Shown: positions 23,926-38,020, counted from the first letter of the stretch. The stretch: 39,414 bases of DNA from Basidiobolus ranarum (GCA_040143965.1 JASJQH010000042.1:1-39414), one strand, 5' to 3'. A program made the numbers and translations. The notes: a model not told the origin generated them from the sequence alone.

Positions 23926-24180
23926 ATGGGTTGTGTTCCTTGCTTGCAACGTCCTTCACAGTACCAACCTTTAGATTCTTCAGAGACGAAGTTTGAGACT
24001 TTTCGCTCGACACAATATCTTCCTCCGAGAAACTCCTCTTTAATCAATACTACAGCGATGCCATATAGCTGCGACAAGTCAGGAGCTATCCAAAACCGCT
24101 CGAATCTACCACGATTCGAAGAAATGCTTCAAAACGATTTCATTGTACGCATTACACTGACTCCAAACGTTGCCATGTAA
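23926..24180 (+). CDS. 84-aa microprotein, predicted N-myristoylated/palmitoylated (MGCVPC); paralogue of 25395-25658
   Basis: Good start context (ACCATGG), upstream TATATAA at ~23846, and clear protein similarity to the convergent ORF. Confidence 0.75.
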   Translation: MGCVPCLQRPSQYQPLDSSETKFETFRSTQYLPPRNSSLINTTAMPYSCDKSGAIQNRSNLPRFEEMLQNDFIVRITLTPNVAM

Positions 24181-25394
24181 CTGATCTTGCTCAAGCTGGT
24201 TGAATTGTAATACTGAGCCCATCCTAATTTTGTGGCGATTTGACATCGTCATCTTAGTATAATAGACTTTCTATAGAGATTATTTAGACACTAATAATAT
24301 ACCCAACACTTCCCATGTACTTTTTTCATTCACTTGATACTTAATATCGTCGAGACCTTCATAGTCATAGAGGACGCAGCAATAAATGTGATATATAGAA
24401 CCTACATTTGATCTCCAATGTTTTCATGGCATAGTTGAAAATCATATCCTGCTACCCCAATATTATTCATTACATTGAAATGGGGTCTAGTTTATCAATA
24501 CCACATGCAATCAGCCGAGACAGTGAGAGAAAAGGAGGTGGCTGTAGACAACGAGGAAGATATGTTTTTAGATAAGGGATACCTGTTGTGAAATCATCTG
24601 TTCTGGAGAAGGAAGGTTTCAAAAAGTCACTTTGGGTTTCAATACGTATCGTACTACTGTTCCATTATGAGGTAATACATCTGGTATTTTGAGATCTTCA
24701 TGCAATCGAAGGTCAACTGAGGGATTTTCATGCACGCCCACTTTTCATGATGTGTGACGATCAAAGTGAGTCAGCACTCCTTTTCGTGCTGTTCGATTCA
24801 TACTTATACAGCAAGAACTATATTCCCATTCTATTCAAACTGAGCCAAGTAAATGATGAAACCATTTTCCCGTAAGTTTCCCCCATTTGGCTTGTCCAAT
24901 CAATTAGAAGAGCACTCTTTATGCTATAATTGGAATATTGAAGTCTTCCATTATTCAAAACACACCAATCATATGATTTCCTAAAAACTAGAATTGGTCA
25001 CAAGGTTACATCTCAAAGCCTAGATTTCATCGAATCAGGCAGACTCATAGCAGTCGGAATTCTCGGGTTACGACTATCGAATTAAAGATTCATCAGCGGG
25101 GTAGATTATTTATTTAGTGAAATTAGTAAGCTTAATGGGTATGGTTGATGGTATGGTAATTTGTTTATGTGGTTAGGCTACGGTGATTCTATTCACCTGT
25201 TCTTCCCATGAGATATAGCTCTAGAGCTAGCTTTTCTTATTCTGTCATAAGGCTTTGATGCTGTATATCCTCATTGGTGCGGTGTGGGAAACCTGGTCAA
25301 TGAATGGAAGACCAGGTGCTTTTTAGCCGTCTATCCATGGCAGTGCGGTAGACTCAAGGTCAAGTGAACTAAGTCAAGTCAGAGGGGTTTTGAT

Positions 25395-25658
25395 CTATCT
25401 AGCAATGGCTGGTGTGATTCTAACTCGGACTACATCGTTGTTCTCTAACATTTGTTCAAACTTGGGTAAGTTGTGTCGGTCTTGTAAAGTCCCATCAGGA
25501 TTGCATTTATATACTAATCGATGGTTCTGACGAAGCGAATCCCTTCTTGGTGGAGGTAGTATCTTTTTGTAGCTAGATTGTACCATCTTTTCCGTCTCTG
25601 AAGTCTCCAGGAGTTGATAGTTGCTGAAAGGAAATTTGAAGCATGAAATGCAAACCAT
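25395..25658 (-). CDS. 87-aa microprotein (MVCISC...); paralogue of 23926-24180
   Basis: Aligned motifs YQxLxxSET, LPP(P)RxxSL, YxCxxxGxxQxRxNLPxFExMLxN and VR(I/V)x(L/I)TP. TATATAAA lies just upstream on the minus strand (~25700). Confidence 0.75.
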   Translation of the reverse strand: MVCISCFKFPFSNYQLLETSETEKMVQSSYKKILPPPRRDSLRQNHRLVYKCNPDGTLQDRHNLPKFEQMLENNDVVRVRITPAIAR

Positions 25659-27109
25659 TTTTTGTTGATGTACCGTAGACGGAGTTCCAAGTAAGTTCAT
25701 TTATATATCATAGAGCCTGAGTGGTAACCTACAAATTCGGTCATCATCCATATATGGTAACAGTACTCTTACACGAATAACATCATTATTATAAAACACG
25801 CTAGGTTCTTTGTCATGGTAGGAATGGTGCTGATGATGGCTCAGAGGGGCAATTGAGCCAATAATCTTTTATACATCATAGCTAGCCTTAATCAGAATAG
25901 TTAAATTGAATCCTCATTTTTATGTTCATGTTGATTCTATCATTCTAATTGTCACGAATTTTCTAGCCGATCATGAGCCGATCACTATCCACCTTCCACT
26001 TGTTTCTTATTAATCCGTACCATTGACACGTAGCTATGCAGAGAGCAGATTACGTGTCGAGAGCTCTGAAACTTAAGGTTAAACATATCTGGTTCATTTG
26101 GGGGAGGTATATGTAGTTGGAACTAGAGTCAGATAGAGACGATTTCAGCATGTCATTAGAAAAGTTTACTCACTCAACTGGAAGAGTTCCTTCCTTTTAC
26201 ATCGTCACCATATATTTTGTCATCATGCTGGGATAGCTATTTGAACTTTGGTACTTTTTTCGTTGAGAGTAGTTTTGTCAATGGGCGGACGGAGTATTTC
26301 CGAATTACATTGAAATTCAATCACCTGCATTTCCTAGAATTTCATTCAGCATTGGCGTAGTTTTGTTAAAGCAGTTGGAGTCTACATTCGACTTCTAAAT
26401 AGGTATATAACTTGTTTGTAACATTCTACCGCACCGTAACACACTTGTTCACAACTGAATCCAAGGACAAGAATGGCAAATTGAGAGCAGATGGAATTTC
26501 TTTAGTGAAATAAACGAATGTCATACCGGTAATCTTATCAAAAACGATAAAAAACCATGTGTCCTTTCCTTAATTCATACATTTTTAAGAAGTGATTGAA
26601 TTTGGTAGTTCAATCTTATCTAAAACCTCTTCCAATTTGAAGCGTATTACCAAGAGTAGCGCTCATATTGGTGTAACCCGAGGCAGTTGTTCCCTTTGAT
26701 CGTCGATTAATTTATTGATCAACGACGTATTTTTTGGGCGAATAATAATAATCTTTTGGTATGCATATTTATTTGCATGCACATATTGGGGATAACCATA
26801 CGAACAAATATGGTAATAATGTTCGGTTTTTGCATAGTGACCATGGATGTTGCAAATGTAGAGTTAAGTACTGAAGTTTTCTATTGATAAGAAAGTTCTT
26901 ACAAATAGAATGGATTGGACTCCAATTCAATATATTCTATACAGGTGGGCTGCATGTTTTACATCAAAAATAAGTTGTTTTATTGACAATAATCTCGAAA
27001 AGCTAATAGTATTATATCCAGTAAATAATGAGTTCGTGAATGCAGAAGCGTGTACATAGTGGTACTAACAGACATAACAAATCCTTGTTTATCCCAAAAT
27101 TGATTTTCG

Positions 27110-28272
27110 TTACTTCATCAATTGTTGTTCTTCATTAGTATCGTCAGATGTGTCAAATTTTTCGTCGTCCAATTCTGATTCATATTGAACAATTCTTGAA
27201 TATTCCTCTTCATGGATATAGCCCAAGCCGTTACGTTCACGTAAACGACGATAAACAAGTAGTGGTAATACAACAAAGCAGGCAAGGAATCCACTCAACA
27301 TTAAGGATACTAAAGCACTGGCCCTGGCTGCTTCAGGGTTTTCATGTATCCAGGAATGAAGACGGTTACGAAGAGAAGAGAAATTGCAAGGATATTCGGA
27401 GGAGTCTACAAAAAATATGAGAAATTAGAGAGGTTCAGAGCAGAAGGTGGATACCATGCTGGGAACTCACCTGTTTCTTCTGGCATAAGTGGTACATTAG
27501 GCTGAGAAATTGTAAGTTCTCCTTGTAGGGAAGGTAAATAGCCTGTGACATTTCCATCGACATCGAGATCAACAATTTGTTGACTAATATTTGTTTGAAC
27601 CACTTCACACCCATTGATTTCAGTGATGATTTCCTCCAATATGACTCGATCTACATCCCGACCTAATGCGGAACTGTATACTTTATCTCTGATAGCAGTC
27701 ACTTGAAGTGCGATGATACCTTGATCAAATGCTCCAAGTACTTGTTCAGGAGGTATCATGAGTGCTTCAGGTGTGATGGCTAAGGCAGCCTCAATCTAAT
27801 AAGTTTTAATATAATCCCGTGAATACGAATAGTTCATTTTGTCAATTACCTGGATATCAGAGGTTCCATATTCAATAGGAACATTGTTAAGTTTGATCTA
27901 AGAGGAATCATATCAGTATTATTATCAATATTCAAGGTGGCTTAGATTTTGGAATCATACTTGATTTTTGGAAATGTCAAAGTCCAATACTACATGACTG
28001 AACTTGGCTGCGATCAATTCGCCATTATCTCCAAAAAGATCATCCACACGGTCAATAGCAATGGCTACTCGTCGAGAGTTATTTGGAGTCTCACCAATGG
28101 TGAGATCCAAGGATGTACGAGGGATGTCAATGAGTGGATCACTATGTATTACAGCTAGATGGAAATGTTGGCCTTTGATTAGTGTCGTGTTAGGAGGAGT
28201 CAATAACTACAACGCAGAATTACCCAGTGAGGCCATTACGAGAGCCAAACATACATTGAAGTGTCTAAACAT
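27110..28272 (-). CDS. Uncharacterised single-pass membrane protein, 5 coding exons
   Basis: Spliced frame MFRHFN|LLTPPN...SKNQ|IKLNNV...DIQ|IEAALA...EET|DSSEYPC..., then TM ALVSLMLSGFLACFVVLPLLVY followed by RRLR and an acidic tail. A probable 5'UTR intron lies upstream. Confidence 0.7.
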
Positions 28273-29403
28273 TGCCGATTGTTTCTATATTCAAGAAAAT
28301 ACGGTTAGAGTTTCCAACGCAGAGTGATCAAAGTTTCACTAATAGCCTACCTTTCAGATACGAAGGATAATATATATTGGAATCAAAGGGAAAAATTGAA
28401 AGTGAAGGAGGGAGTGAAAGAGAGAAATCAAGGCTTATTCTGATGAGTAATGAGTGGGTGCTATATATATATATATAATATAGCATATAGCATACATACA
28501 GGCCATGAAGTATTTAATGTAGGGATGCACAACACTGTTTCAAAGATCCTTGACACCCATCCCTCGCCTATGATTGCATCTGGTGATTTTCATATTGGCT
28601 GAACCTAACTAACATCAAAATCTAAAACATCACGGGAACTCCATTGGACATCAAAAATAATCTGTCACAACGTTTATGTTTAGCACTGTAATGATCAGGG
28701 TCTTAAGCCAAACAGCGCTTCCATCCTTTCTCAAATCAAACACCTCCATCCTTTCTATCACTTTATATCAATCAGAAACAAGCGATATTAAGCTATTGAA
28801 CATGGTACATCAAGTTTGAATCTAGATGAAAATGGATGCGACGCGGGTGTAAAGCAATGGATTGTATTCTACTTGAGTTACTCCTTATTAATATCGGAAA
28901 ATGAGGCAGTATGTGGGCCTCATTGAGCAGTGATCGGATCACATCAATATTAAACAATGGCTGTGGGTAGCATACATACAACAATGGTTATTAGTAACAT
29001 ATATCCATCCGATTCCTAAATCCCGAATGAATTCCTGGAGAATAATGGAATAATATGTAACTTTCTATGAGTTTTGACTAGATTTTACTTCGTGCAGACC
29101 AGCTTGCTTCTACCTGCATAGTTCTAAACAACTCGAAGCTTTCTCGTGAGTTTACAATTGTTTGAATTTTCTCCATGTAAAGGATCTCTTAATTGACTCT
29201 TTCTCTTAACTATCTATTGCAGCTCGTTGTTTCTTCTCTCCAAATATCACCTACTTCCTCTTTCCCCGTCTCAAGCAAAGTGATATCATATAATACACCC
29301 AAAATATATTATAGCCCTTCCTATTGTGCCTTCTTTCAACTCGACTTTGGATCTGGTAAAGAGTGTTTTTAAGTGTGTCAGATTGTATCCTGGATGTTTT
29401 AGT

Positions 29404-30219
29404 ATGAAGCATCACTCGTGTTTGAAGTGGTATCCTATGCTTATTGTGCTGATTTGTACTACGACGCTATCAGATCACGTCTCTTCCTCACATATGGCCA
29501 GAAGAGATTTGAATGCGAAGCCTTCGAATCCGCTTGGTCTTCAAATTAATTATAGAGTGGCATGGCTTGACGAAGGTACTGGGTTGTTTGGTGGAAATCT
29601 AACCGTAACCTTCCCTGCTTCTTCACTAAGTTCCAAGTGGAGTTTGAAGTTCATTTTCAGCGATATCAAGACAAAGGTCAATGAATATTGGGGTGACTGG
29701 ACCTTGGAAAGATACCGAAGTGGATGGTATGTAATCTTACCCGTTGCCAATTCCACAAGTTTAACGGATTCTTATCTTTTCAACGGCCAATTTCTTCCTC
29801 AACGCGGAGCTACTCAAGGAACTTTGTTCAATGTGACCACACCTTCTTCCTATACATTAGTAATGAGTGCCTCTCCTGCCGATGGCCCAGGTGTTCCTTT
29901 AGTATCACCATTCGACTACGTGAATATGCCCATAGATTCTAGCGTACAAACTAAGCCATTTGGTCCATATTTTCGAGCTTCGTTACCACTCCCAAAGCCC
30001 TTTTCCCCAACCTCTGATCCAAGTCAGTACGGAGAAGGGACGAATATTCAGACCACACCGATTGGACTCTACATTTATTCGGTTGTCTTTGTGATCGGAC
30101 TGATAGTTTTTGGAGCAGGGACTATCCAGCGTCGATTATATCGTAACCAGTTCAGGGAGCAAAACAAATTACAACAAGAGCAGATTAAACTTGTAGAAGA
30201 GGCAATCAAACCGTTCTGA
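29404..30219 (+). CDS. Type I membrane protein with a CBM2-like extracellular domain, intronless
   Basis: Hydrophobic N-terminus, then INYRVAW...FGGNLTVT...KWSLKF...VNEYWG (Trp spacing resembles CBM2), a Pro/Ser/Thr stalk, and TM IGLYIYSVVFVIGLIVFGAG followed by RRLYR. Confidence 0.7.
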   Translation: MKHHSCLKWYPMLIVLICTTTLSDHVSSSHMARRDLNAKPSNPLGLQINYRVAWLDEGTGLFGGNLTVTFPASSLSSKWSLKFIFSDIKTKVNEYWGDWTLERYRSGWYVILPVANSTSLTDSYLFNGQFLPQRGATQGTLFNVTTPSSYTLVMSASPADGPGVPLVSPFDYVNMPIDSSVQTKPFGPYFRASLPLPKPFSPTSDPSQYGEGTNIQTTPIGLYIYSVVFVIGLIVFGAGTIQRRLYRNQFREQNKLQQEQIKLVEEAIKPF

Positions 30220-31124
30220 AGGAGCTTGGATTTTTATCACTACCTTTTCCTTCATAGTGTATATTAAAGAAAAAGCCCACTGGTACTTCAATATGAATAG
30301 ATGTTTATCGAGTTGTACTCAAGCAGCGGTATAGATAGATATATATAGAGATCGATTGATTGTCCTGCGTTTCTTGATTTATATTCTTCTCTTTTTCCTC
30401 ATTATAACATATCTGTCCAGGGTAAATATTAGCGCACTTCCAAATACTAATTCCTTTTTTTGTTAATCTTTACTACATAAACAACTTGTTGAAATTCCCT
30501 TACCAATCTGACCCGCTTGTAAAAAATAAACCAATCTCTCCACATGCGCTAGATACAACCAGTAAGTATCAAGAACTTATACCATGTGTTACCTTGAATT
30601 CTCTAAAGGTAACCTTAATTGAGCTATACATGGTACAAATACTAGGGAATCAATATGAATTTCATTTTGCAAGTTCTGCCAGCTCTGTTGAATTGTCTAA
30701 ATTTCCCACGATTTACTTGACATACTAAGAATATTGCCAACTATTTCTCCAGCAGCTTTCCTAGCGAAGTTCAGAATCTGTCAGAAAATTAAGTATTAAA
30801 TTATTTGCTTAGTTTCGTTAATCTCAAGTTTTCCTGGTAAAATCAGCCTTTTGACCAGAGCCCTTTCTCATATAATCCTCACCCCTATTTTATATTCCTC
30901 CCAGACTTTATCTTGATTAGGTCTCTATTGGACCTCTCTTTCTTCTCCCCTCTTCTCCTTCCTTTTCGTTTCAGCTCTCACATATCTAACTTCTTATTCA
31001 TCTGAATTATTACTTCAAACGAAGTTACACTTCCCTTCGTCTCATCTAGAGTTTACTTCAATTCCTTTTGAAGCCAAGACATCTCTTGTATAGTCATACA
31101 AAAATACATAACAACTCATTAAAT

Positions 31125-32015
31125 ATGGCTAAAGAGATTCTGAAAGTTGTTTTGATCGGGGATGGTGGAGTCGGCAAAGTTAGTTGTGTTCTATATACTT
31201 GTTTAAGCTTACTAAAAACAGCCGCGGATGAAATTAACTAATTGACGGTCTTTTCTTTGAAACATTTTCACTTTTTCAAGACTTCATTGCGTAATCAAGT
31301 CAGTATATACACCTTTTCTTAAGATGGAGAAACCAACCACTTGGAGAGAAACTTTAACAAGTTATTCAACTCGTTTTACTTCATTTAGTTTATTCACAAA
31401 CGCTTCACGAACGCTTATAAGGCAACTATAGGAGCTGACTTTATTGCTAAAGAGATTAACTTGGAAGATGGGAAAAAAATCATGTTACAAATATGGGATA
31501 CAGCAGGTAAAGAACTACCTTTGACTTTTCCTCTCTTATTATATATCATGTATTAATGAAAACTTGGTTAAGGTCAAGAACGTTTCCAATCCTTAGGAGT
31601 GGCATTCTATAGAGGCGCAGATGCTTGTGTATTGGTATACGATGTTAACAATTATCTCACTTTCGAGCACCTAGAGCGTTGGCGAACCGAATTCTTAAAG
31701 CAGGCAGGTGTGGCTGATCCAACGGAATTCCCTTTTGTCATGATTGGGAATAAAATTGATATCGACGAAAGAGTTGTGTCTCGTAGACAAGCCAAAGCCT
31801 TCGCCCTACGTCACAGTGGGAAAGTCATGGAGATCCCCTGCTTTGAAGCTAGTGCTAAGGAAGGTACGAATGTGGAACAGGCATTTAGTTATATAGCGAA
31901 AATGGTGAAAATTCCTCAAATGGAATTTGATATGTTTGGTGATGGAGATATAAGAAATACAAGTTCTTTTCATTTACCTACGAGAACTCCTACAAAACGT
32001 TATGGATGTTGTTAA
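31125..32015 (+). CDS. Rab7/Ypt7-like GTPase, 4 exons (31125-31178, 31281-31298, 31389-31506, 31573-32015)
   Basis: [61 protein letters not shown] and a C-terminal CC prenylation motif. Confidence 0.92.
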
Positions 32016-32597
32016 CCTATGTGGATAGATTCCTTATTTTTTTCCAGTTGTATTTTCTTTATCTCTTTCCTTTATTTTTCCCATCACCTCTACACTCACA
32101 AAGTTAATATATCCGTATGTCTTACATCGATCTTTGTAGCTTCATGTCTCTGACTGGCACTCATCATCGTCACTCTCCTTTGTAATTTAATCATTGAAGA
32201 AAAGCTCTAATAATAATATCGCTTGATTATGTCAGATGATCCAAATGTAGTCACTATTCTACCGTTGCTGTCATGGGATCAGGGTAATAACTTGTAATTT
32301 ATGTGTTAAAGTAGAAATGAGTCTAATAATATGTTATTACATTTTAGTATTTCAGTGATAAGATAACGTTACAGGTAAAGACAAAAAGAGCTACATGAAG
32401 AGAATAATACAAGTTTCTGAGGTGGATAATCATGCATAAACAGCAGTTAATCACATTATATCCCTCATTGTAAGAAGGTGCAATCGATACAATTCAAAGT
32501 GGACGTAACCGGTGAGAGTAGATTAATGATACGATGAGAGGACATAGGCTAGGTGTGGAAGTAATGGTAATTAACGGATGGGTGAAAGGTGGTCATT

Positions 32598-33119
<522 letters not shown>

Positions 33120-34466
33120 TCAAAGGCCGAGTGAAAGCACATCTGTGAGGAGTACAGCTCATTTATACTCTCATATCAGCTGGCGGTCACGTAATGAAGG
33201 TTGACAAATCAAGCAATTCTGTAATTGGCAGGAATGTGATCGACTAAATCAAGCAGTTCTCCCTTCCTACCAATTACTACTACTGCATCTCCTGATCAGA
33301 GGTTTTTTAGTAATATGACTCGTTCTTCTAACGAGCTCCATTTGTTTCTAACAGTAGGATGTGTATTAAGCAGACATCCATTGAGAACGAGGAGAACACT
33401 CACCAGAAGGTGGAGTGTCATTTAAGTCGTTAATCTGTGTATGCTCAAACATTGGCTTGGCGAAATGGCCAATATTACTCAGCACTGGTATTCAACATCT
33501 AGCGTTCATGGCATATAGATGATATGTGAGTGCACATATGTTTCAGGGCTAATATTTTCAGTTGCCATATCCAGATCCGCAATCAGAGCCGGTTAGCCAC
33601 TTACATAAACTAAGGAAGGACACATTGCTAAATAAATATTAAGAGCAAATGATTCTTTGGGTCGGTACAACCTGTCCCTACTCTGCCATTCACATCACTA
33701 TCTTTTTCCGAAACTGGTAAAATGCTTAGTGTGCTATTTGCGTAGAGTGTTGTGTAAAATAGGAAGTGATTAAATCAAACTCTTAATTCGTGGTGACACA
33801 GATTCCATACTATATACCGATATAATTGGTGTGTTCGAGTGATTTCGATTTCTGAATCTTCCTCATATAATTGGTGTGTCCTGGTGTTGCAGTTTTTATT
33901 GAATTCGATGATTTCAGTGATTTCTAAAGGTTGGCAAGTTTAAGGTGCATACAAGCATATAAGCATACAAGCATATATATATATATTGATTGATGACTCG
34001 GTTTTCCATCTACGCCTGAATCTTCTACATCAGATCAGTGATAATCGCAGGGATAATCGTGCGTTACCATTAATATTTGATGCGTTAAAAATTATTCGCC
34101 AACTCTGATGAAATCGCAACGTACTATATATCTGTCCCATCACTTCCAATTGTATCCTACTACAATCACCCTTTGTCCAGGATGTGCGAAGAATGATTCG
34201 AATCTTTCCTGAGATAACCAATTCCAGCCATTTCCTTCCAGAAGTTCGAAGATGACTAAGCACATAGCTGAGGATGGAGTTGGAGCATGTACCAAATGAA
34301 CTTCGAGTCATTTTCGTTCCAAGTTACAGGGTGATCAGAGATCAAATTGGTATCACTTTCTCACTTGAAGGCTAGTGCTATGTAGATTTTATTAAATAAG
34401 AGTAGTTTTCAGCCGAGGTGTAAATATTGAGGGGGAGGAGTGAACAAGCAACAATTTTATTTGAAT

Positions 34467-36429
34467 CTAGCCCATGCTTCTGCCCATACCACCTACACTG
34501 GCTGCTAAAGAGAGTGCTCCATCTCCCTCATAAGTGAAGCCAGCGAATTGCTGCTGAATGGTTTCCGATAATCGAGAATCCTCTGCTACTGAATCATGTG
34601 GCACCTCAGAGGTAAATTCCTCATCAAAGTTTGAAGTATCAAAAGCAGAAGCCTGCAGAAAGTAAAATATGAGCAAATTAGAGGGTATCTATTACGTCAA
34701 TTTGCAAACATACCACAGTAGGCTTGAATGGTGGTTGGTAGCGTTTGGCCAGAAGATTTGCCCAGTCAATCTCCTTGAAAAAGGGATGGGATTTGATTTC
34801 TTCAGCACCATTGTTTCCTAAACGCTTGGTAGGATCACGCTCCAAAAGCTACAGGTGAGTCAGGTCAGTATAACTAGCCCTCATAAACAAATCGCTTAGC
34901 ATGACTTACACCGCTCAATAGATCTCTGGCTTGAGAGCTGACGTGATCTGGGTATCGTAACTCCTCTTCGACAATCTTACGATACATTTCATGGGTATTC
35001 TCATCGTAAAATGGTGGCAATCCCGTCAACATTTCATAAAGTAACACACCAAATGTCCACCAGTCGACTGTTTTCGTGTATCCTTGCCCATACAACAGCT
35101 CAGGAGCAAGGTATTCAGGTGTTCCACAAAAGGTATTCGTGGTTTCATTTTGGTTCATATTTAGCTTACAAAGACCAAAATCACACAAAGCTATATGTCC
35201 ATTATAATCAAGTAGTATATTTTCAGGCTTGAGATCACGGTAAATCACATTGTAACTATGAAGGCGATCTAAAGCACAAAGCAACTCGGCTGCATAAAAC
35301 CGACTGCGGGTTTCATCAAAGCGCTCTTCGCGTTGAAGGTGCAGAAAAAGTTCACCACCATTCACAAAGGCCAGGACCAGGTATAATTTCTCTGGACTTT
35401 GAAAGGAGAATTTTAATGGAACAATGAATGGGTGATCGATTTGCCCCAGAACTGTTCTTTCAGCCAGAGTGTGGGTAACTTCATCACGAGAAACGATCTT
35501 CGATTTGTTCAAGATCTTCATCGCATAGATTCGGTTCGTGTCAATTTTGCGAACTTGCATTACCTGATGATTAATATTAGTGTTTGCCAAATGCTTTCTA
35601 CCTCAAAGATCGACCTCTCTACCTTGCCAAAACTCCCTTTACCAATTAGTTTCAATAGATCAAAATCGTCCACCGATAGAGGTTTGGCTCTCTATGAATA
35701 AAATTTGAGAATTGTTGGAAACGCCGTCCGCGGATCTCATGTAACTTACATCAATTCTTTTGTAGCATAACTGAACTCGAATATGTCCTTCTCCTCCTTT
35801 GATTGGAAACCAATCATCTTGAAGTCGCTATACATCATCAAAGATGATCTGGATTAATTGAATATTTGGAATACTTTCAATGGTTAATGCCCATTTAACT
35901 TACCCCATCAGCAAACTCTGGCATAATCTGAACTGAGCCTAAGAGTATTGCTTTTCCCGACGATGTCCTAGAGTCCTCAGTTCTGATATTTACAGATACG
36001 GTCACCTCAGTCTCACAAGAGACATCACTACAAGTGGATACATTTTAAGAACTGAACGTACAATGTTTATGGATAAGAAATACTTCTTACAAGTTGGCTT
36101 TATATTTCCATACTGGGTTGTTTTGTTCCCCACCCAAAGCCTCAATCAGTAATTCGTTTCTATCGAATTCCAGTACAACATAAGGCAATCTCCAAGTCTC
36201 TAGCTTGTTGCTTGACTTGGCATTGGGAGGTAGGTCTAAATTCTTAGCTTCAGCTACACGAATGAGTAAAGTACCAGACTTGGGCGCTTTCCCTCTTGGA
36301 GACAAAGGTTCTGGGTCTACCTCCTTAGTTTCTGTTTTTATCAATAAAAATAAGTTTTGATTAATTCAAATGGACTTGCTTTAGTTACCGCAAGCTTGGC
36401 ATACTTTTTGGAGATAGTTTCCAAGACAT
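34467..36429 (-). CDS. YPK1: AGC kinase Ypk1/Gad8 with N-terminal C2-like domain, 8 exons
   Basis: [74 protein letters not shown] and hydrophobic motif FAGFTY. Confidence 0.95.
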
Positions 36430-38020
36430 TTTGTGGTTAAGGGGTACGAAAGAGAGTAGCAAACGTAGGTAAGCCTCGAGCTAGTAATGATTTTGATAAT
36501 GAGTCAGGAAGCCAGTCCATGAAGATACGCCAATATTAAAACTAGGTGGCAACAAAAGAGGGGGCTGAGGGGTTGAGATAGGATTTGAGCTAGGATCGAA
36601 GCTGACTGTAATAACAAATGTATTCTAAATGTGGTTAGCAGTAGTATTCAGAATAGAACTAACCCTAGCTCTAAAATAAATATTACAATAGAAAATATAT
36701 AACATTGTATTCCTAAATCTTCTTAGACGGTCTAGCTTTCATGAATCCAATCCTAATCCTAATCCTAATCTCCAACTAACACTGCAATCATTCTGGTATA
36801 TTCCTACGTGCCTCCTACAGATTGACCGACTCAACAATCCCTATCACTACAATATCTTACATGCTGGTATATTTGTGATATCAGTCACCATCATCATAAT
36901 ACTGCTTCCGCAAAGTAATTCAAGCTAAAGAAAAAACCACACCAAAGGTGGACTGCTGAAGGATAGTATTTTTACACGGAGGTTATATTTGTCTAATCAT
37001 ACGTTAATATGAGGTGAACCTCTAGGTAAGCTGTGAATCCAAGCGTAATTCTCTCCTAACCCTAGCCATAGCCCTTATTCGGTGGCTGTATTAGTGTAGT
37101 AATATTGCATTGCTCTAGCATGAAATCCTGTGCTAGCACTATATTAAATTCGCAACCAATATGACTAACTACCAGATTTTGATTATTCTCAAACCTGGCG
37201 AATGCTTTCTAAATATACAAGACAGATTGATTTATGCAGATTCACATCATTTCTGCATTCTGACATCATCAATTAAATCCATCTCTTAATCAGATTCATA
37301 GGGTTAGTGCTAGCATTGAGGGGCTTTCTGCTCACAACGCATGCATAAACGAACGACAGATATGGAGGTCACAATTAACCCCAAGTTTTGTCCAAAAGAG
37401 AATGTTTACCTAATAATCTAAGCATCACAGAGTCTCATATCAGTACTCCCAAAACCGTACGGAGTAATCTAATAATCATGGGGAGCCACTGAGGTGCATA
37501 CTATGCTCGAGACAGCGATGGTAAGGCCAAGCAGTATTCACTTCACCTCAAAAACGGTGGTAGAGGCAGCTTTGTAGACCGACCTATTGATTCTACATAT
37601 TGTTGACGATCTGTTTAACTTGCGCTATTATTCAAGGAGGATACAATGTTGTAGCGATAATACGTAAATGGATTAATTGTACCGCTTGAAATGGCTTTCA
37701 TAAACAATGTATCAGTGACCAAATTAGAAGAATAATAAATAGACTGATAATAAATGAATGTCACGAAACATGTGAAGAAACTGCAGTCATATTGACAGCA
37801 ACATCGCAGCCAATAAGCAATCCGAGGAGCTTCAATACGAGTGTTTGGTGCTAAGGATTTAATCTCATTATGTCATGACAACTCTAATGTCTCAGCTACT
37901 ACTACTACTTATGTCTCAGCTACTAACGAAAGTACTGGTTCTAGCTTCCCAAATGAATGATCGATTGCCTTCTTGATGTAAATACTCAGATATGCATAAG
38001 AAGATACGATCTCTGGGTAA

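Noticed and set aside
4758-32015. Trafficking 'cluster' (syntaxin, Sly1, Rab7) and two AN1-finger genes in one window
   Set aside because: The genes are interspersed with unrelated ones and Sly1 acts at a different trafficking step. Chance co-location is sufficient.
33821-33990. Short direct repeats (TATAATTGGTGTGT x2; GCATACAAGCATAT x2)
   Set aside because: Consistent with local slippage duplications in intergenic DNA; no further structure.
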